From positions 1 through 62,714 of the forward strand of contig CAZSTA010000001.1 in the NCBI GenBank assembly GCA_964609495.1: 62,714 bases of DNA, in the 5' to 3' direction. Positions 58,585 to 62,714 of this stretch are shown in pieces. The notes beneath the pieces are model-generated. The model searched no databases. It saw nothing but the letters and a program-made list of their open reading frames with translations, and had not been told where the DNA came from. Origin of the DNA: an uncultured bacterium. GTDB taxonomy: Bacteria; CAZSTA01. Both the position numbers and the translations under genes were made by a program. Every line of letters begins with the position of its first letter. Position 1 is the stretch's first letter.

Positions 58585-59865
58585 CTACTCCCCAACTACC
58601 TTTTTGATCTTATCGGCCGCGGTCTTTACGGTTTCCTCAGGCGTCTGCTTGTCGGTCAGAAGTTTGGAGAACTCCGCTTGGAGGATAAGGGAGATCTCAG
58701 GATAGTAAGGCGTAATAGGTCTAGGTGCAGCATAGACGAAGACATCTTTGAGTGAGACTAAGAAGGGTTGCACCTTCGCCAGCTCAGTATCCTCATATAC
58801 CGCGGGACGAGTAGGAGCCCATCCCCTAATAGCGAAGTATAACTGAGACTCAGGGCTAGCGATGAACTTGGTGAATTTAGCCGCTTCATCAGGATGCTTG
58901 GTGTAGTAGTTCACTCCATACTGGTATCCACCTAGACAAGAGGCGCTCTCCGACCCCTCGAAGTGAGGTAGAGGAATGACGGCAACTTTATCCACAACCT
59001 TAGATTCGTTGGGATCCTGAGATATCGCCCAAACATAGGACCAGTTGCGAAGGAATACCGCATTGCCATCGGTGAAGATGCGTCGACTCGGCTCCTCATC
59101 ATAGGTGTTTACCGCCTCGGGCGAGATCTTATGCTTATAGATCAAGTCATACATCAATTGAGCAGTTCGAAGGCCCTCATCGTTATCGATCACTACCTTC
59201 CCTTCCTTATCAAACACTGCTCCATCACCGCCTAAGAAGCTCACTAGATCGCAGACTAGCACCTCGGCTTGTCTCGCCTGGTAGACGAAGCCCTGAAGAT
59301 TGGGATCACCCTCTCCCTCCATTATAGCTTTAGCCTGATCTATTAATTCATCCCAGGTCTCGGGAGGCTCAAAGCCATACTTCTCCAACAAATCCGTCCG
59401 ATAGTAGAGCATCCCTGCATCCAAAAACCAGGGAATGCCGACTAGCTGTCCTTTATAGGAGACGGTTTCGATAGCGCCAGGGAAGTATTCTGCCTTCTCC
59501 TCCTCAGAGACATACTTATCCGTAGGCAAGAGCCAACCAGCTTCAGCAAACTCGGGGAACCATATACAGTCAATAGTGAAGACATCGACATCATCGGTCT
59601 TAGCGGCCAAGGTGGTCACCAAGTACTGGTGGATCTCCGTGCTAAAGTTCGGAGAAGGCATCTCCACGAATTCCACATTGATATCAGGATTTGCTTTCTC
59701 AAATCTCCTGATCAGTAGAGGCATAGTGTCAACCCCGTAGGTCTTCATACTAGCAAAAACTATAGTTGCCTTCTCCTGAGCAAATCCCACCTGAGCGCCC
59801 ACAAACACTATGCTTGTCACCACAAAAACCGCGAGCATAAAAGTTAAGGTTATTTTTCCTCTCAT
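58585..59865 (-). CDS. Sugar ABC substrate-binding protein (trehalose/maltose-like)
   Basis: IDCIWFPEFA, PWFLDAGMLYYRTDLL, PETWDEL, FLRNWSY and RPITPYY. Confidence 0.88.
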   Translation of the reverse strand: MRGKITLTFMLAVFVVTSIVFVGAQVGFAQEKATIVFASMKTYGVDTMPLLIRRFEKANPDINVEFVEMPSPNFSTEIHQYLVTTLAAKTDDVDVFTIDCIWFPEFAEAGWLLPTDKYVSEEEKAEYFPGAIETVSYKGQLVGIPWFLDAGMLYYRTDLLEKYGFEPPETWDELIDQAKAIMEGEGDPNLQGFVYQARQAEVLVCDLVSFLGGDGAVFDKEGKVVIDNDEGLRTAQLMYDLIYKHKISPEAVNTYDEEPSRRIFTDGNAVFLRNWSYVWAISQDPNESKVVDKVAVIPLPHFEGSESASCLGGYQYGVNYYTKHPDEAAKFTKFIASPESQLYFAIRGWAPTRPAVYEDTELAKVQPFLVSLKDVFVYAAPRPITPYYPEISLILQAEFSKLLTDKQTPEETVKTAADKIKKVVGE

Positions 59866-60029
59866 TTTTCTTTTACCTCCTTTTTTATTTGGGAAATAAT
59901 GGGATAAATTTAGAGAATATTCGCTGATCTTACCACCTCCTCTCCTATTAGGCTGATAGAGCTAATTTCCTTGAGATTTATGATTTGGGGAAATTATCTC
60001 TATGTGACTAAAATAAAAAAAGGTGATCC

Positions 60030-60971
60030 TCAGTATTTCCTATCTGGTAGCACCTGTCCAGTTCGCTTAATACTATTTAGAGCCTTCTCAAAACGGCGCA
60101 GAGCCACTCCAACAAATAGGGCATCGACTATCGCTAATTGAGCAATACGAGAGGCCATCGCCTCATCCCGAAAGGTAGTCTCCCTAGAAGTAGTGAAAAG
60201 CTTTATATCGGAGACTTGAATAATGGGCGACTTGGAGTAATTAGTTATACAAATAGTAGTTGCCCCAGCCTCATGAGCTAGACGCATAGCCTCCACCGTG
60301 TCCTTAGAGCTTCCTGAGTGAGAGATACCTAATCCTACATCCCTTTTCCTCATAAGAGAGGCTGACATAGCTTGAGTGCCGGCATCACGATAGACTATGC
60401 AAGGCAAACCTATCCTGATAAATCTATATTCCGCATCCAGAGCGATAGGTAAAGAGTTACCTACTGCGAATAACTCTATACGGCGACAGGAGGAGATAGC
60501 CTCCACTGCCCTCTCCATCTCCTCCGGATCGATGATCCTCTCAGTATCATATAGGGCTTGAATATCAGCCCGAAAAACTTTATCGATAACTTGGACTATG
60601 CTATCACCCTGCTCTATATCCTGATGTATCTGATGCACAGGGGTTACCAGATCGCGAGCCAAAGTTATTTTTAGCTCATGATATCCACTATATCCTAGAT
60701 TCTGGCAGAATCTAACTACGGTAGATTCGCTAACCTCACTTTCTTCCGCTACCTCTGTTATGGAAAGATGAATAATGGCTTCAGGATTATTTAAGATGAA
60801 CTCAGCTACTCGTTGCTCCGCAGGGAATAGAGATGGCAATATCCCCTTAATCCTAGCCAAGCATCCTCTTAGCTCTCGCGGATTCCATAGATTTCTACTA
60901 GCTTTTTCACGTGTATCATCTCTATCCAGAGCTCGTTTAGAGTGATCCTGATTTTCTGTCTTTTCCTTCAT
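60030..60971 (-). CDS. RpiR/MurR-family regulator (HTH + SIS)
   Basis: SITEVAE..VSESTVVRFC..LGYSGY, ISHSGSS and SRIAQLAIVD. Confidence 0.92.
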   Translation of the reverse strand: MKEKTENQDHSKRALDRDDTREKASRNLWNPRELRGCLARIKGILPSLFPAEQRVAEFILNNPEAIIHLSITEVAEESEVSESTVVRFCQNLGYSGYHELKITLARDLVTPVHQIHQDIEQGDSIVQVIDKVFRADIQALYDTERIIDPEEMERAVEAISSCRRIELFAVGNSLPIALDAEYRFIRIGLPCIVYRDAGTQAMSASLMRKRDVGLGISHSGSSKDTVEAMRLAHEAGATTICITNYSKSPIIQVSDIKLFTTSRETTFRDEAMASRIAQLAIVDALFVGVALRRFEKALNSIKRTGQVLPDRKY

Positions 60972-61155
60972 AGAAATAATTTCCTTAATATTTTATATTA
61001 TATGAAGATTATCTCGATAAAATATCAAAAATATAACTAATTAAGCCTTATCTCTAATCTACTGGCTAAATTAGCTTGTCTAGAATATATCATATATTTC
61101 TTGTTTTGTCAAGCTCTAAATTGCCGAATCTGAAGAAATCAGGGATACATCTCCT

Positions 61156-61608
61156 TTAAATGAAAGGATTTATGACATCCAACAATCCATATTTCTCGAA
61201 ATGAGAGGTATCCTCGGTATATACTAACCTTATCCCATTATCCAACATAGTTGCTATAAGATAGACATCGAAGGTGTTTTCTCTCCTCACACCGAAATGT
61301 CTCATTAACTCTACTGTCCTGAATATAGTATTAGCGATAGGATATATTTTAGCTATACCGCGGGAGTTAAGATAGATCTCTACCTCTCTCAACGCCTGCT
61401 GAGGGGTTAAGGGATTCTTCAGCTTCCGAGGATTAGTTACCACCGAATAGAACTCCAAGATGTTCTGAGGAGAGATACAAGCTGGAAGCTCTCCCCTACT
61501 AGCTCTATCTCTTAGTTCTCTCGCTTCATCATAGTGAGGAGAGAGTGTGTCATGAGCATATACTAGAATATTGGTATCTAATAACCCCGCCTCAGATGAG
61601 GTCCTCAT
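61156..61608 (-). CDS. vapC: PIN-domain (VapC-like) toxin
   Basis: LLDTNILVYA, EFY.VVT and FD..L.AT. Confidence 0.85.
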   Translation of the reverse strand: MRTSSEAGLLDTNILVYAHDTLSPHYDEARELRDRASRGELPACISPQNILEFYSVVTNPRKLKNPLTPQQALREVEIYLNSRGIAKIYPIANTIFRTVELMRHFGVRRENTFDVYLIATMLDNGIRLVYTEDTSHFEKYGLLDVINPFI

Positions 61609-61861
61609 ATATCTTCTCCCTAGTTAAAGAACCTTTTACTCCTAGAGAATAAGCTCTGAAGTCGTTCCTTTGAATATCTTCAATGTTACTTCGCTTATCC
61701 TTGTCTAAAGCCTCTAGTCTCTCAAAATCATCTAAGTTGATTATCACTACCATGGGCCTTCCTCTTCGCTCAACAATAATTCGCTCGTGAGCGTAAGCTA
61801 CTCGACCTATGATTTCGGAGAATTTTCTCCTTACCTCTACCACACTTAATGTTCTTTTCAT
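61592..61861 (-). CDS. Phd/YefM-family antitoxin
   Basis: MKRTLSVVEVRRKFSEII..IIVERRGRPMVVII. Overlaps the toxin start. Confidence 0.85.
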   Translation of the reverse strand: MKRTLSVVEVRRKFSEIIGRVAYAHERIIVERRGRPMVVIINLDDFERLEALDKDKRSNIEDIQRNDFRAYSLGVKGSLTREKIYEDLI

Positions 61862-62340
61862 GCTTACACCTCATCAAACTGAGCATAGTGTTCACTTAAT
61901 TATCTCATAACTGCTCATAATTGTCAACCCCTCATATAGAAAAATGTCTAATTCCCTGCTATTCTATTTTGCATATATGGACATATATGCAGTGTCACAT
62001 ATTTTCTCTATTCAACTATGATCTTGACAACCGCTCTATATCAGATATAATATAGATGCGATTGTCTCTATCCGATGGCGACCACAGGGATTGGAATTAT
62101 GGAACTCAGTTTCCACTGCTATCTCATCATAAGTAAACTGAGGTTTCCCCTAATTGTTGGACAGAGATTCAGGGACTTTAAGGTGAACACTATCGAATAT
62201 AACATGCTTATCCCTTTCAGATACTTTCGCCAGATCATCCCCTAGCAAGGCCTCTCTTGGAAATATTACAGCCCCATGTTAGACAGCCTCGTGATAACTG
62301 ACAGTGTTCCTTTAAGGTGGAAACCAGTGCTTTAGCATAC

Positions 62341-62714
62341 TCAGCTCCTATTCATATAGACCTGTAAAGGTGTACGGTATCCAAGGGCTTGGTGAAATCT
62401 CTCAGTGTTGTAGAAACTGAATTAATTGCCTAATCCTCTCATAGCTTCAATCATGTCCTCATAGTCGTTCAGATATACCTCCTCATATTTCACACTGCGC
62501 CATAGGCGCTCAACGAAAATGTTGTCCCACAAACGACCATCCCAACTGATACGAATGCCTGCGCTCTCCAATCGCTCTGTGAAAGCCTGACTGATGAATT
62601 GATTTCCCCGATCGCTATTGAATATCTCTGATTTCTCCTTCCTGAGAGCCTCCTCCAGGGCAGTCAAACAAAAGAACGTGTCCAGGGAATTGGATACCTC
62701 CCAAGAGACAACAT
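62341..62714 (-). pseudogene. IS3-family transposase (integrase core) remnant, running off the window end
   Basis: VVSWEVSNSLDTFFCLTALEEAL..IFNSDRGNQF..DNIFVERLWRSVKYE, then an in-frame TAA at 62422-62424 before FSFYNTERFHQALGYRTP. Confidence 0.85.

Noticed and set aside
62024-62130. TTGACA-16-TATAAT promoter-like sequence and a 26-aa ORF
   Set aside because: No clear RBS and no recognisable downstream gene. It may be a relic next to the IS3 insertion.
1-62714. tRNA, rRNA, riboswitches, retron or DGR elements
   Set aside because: None recognised by eye. There is no reverse transcriptase ORF, and paralog variation is not adenine-specific as far as I can see, so DGR-type diversification is unsupported.

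Overview
A 62.7-kb AT-rich bacterial window with no ribosomal, tRNA or other core housekeeping genes. Most of it is carbohydrate-utilisation cargo: three ABC uptake clusters without ATPases, tandem paralogous binding proteins, a triplet of GHL6/GH151-like hydrolases, GH36-, GH63-, GH127- and DUF4038-like hydrolases, Zn-dehydrogenases, an ADP-dependent sugar kinase with a class II aldolase, and ROK and RpiR regulators. It also carries a Zn/Mn ABC system, an aldehyde:ferredoxin oxidoreductase pair, a VapBC-type TA pair and several decayed IS elements. The most interesting signal is what looks like the backbone of a secondary replicon (plasmid, chromid or ICE; inference). Its parts are a tyrosine recombinase 3' end, a MerR-HTH-ParA followed by a non-ParB winged-helix-like protein, and a 15-bp-period palindromic array found both inside that gene and again in non-coding DNA 33.5 kb away. 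There are also 45-bp inverted repeats bracketing the par module, and a 732-aa Rep-like protein with four copies of a small helical domain whose leader holds a candidate counter-transcribed RNA. Other highlights are an orphan IscB-type omegaRNA (HEARO) element lacking iscB, and an AmmeMemoRadiSam cluster whose three enzymes all carry export or anchor-like N-termini next to SpeE-like and DsbD/TauE-like membrane proteins. All family calls come from motif recognition by eye; no database searches were run. The host lineage cannot be determined from this window.
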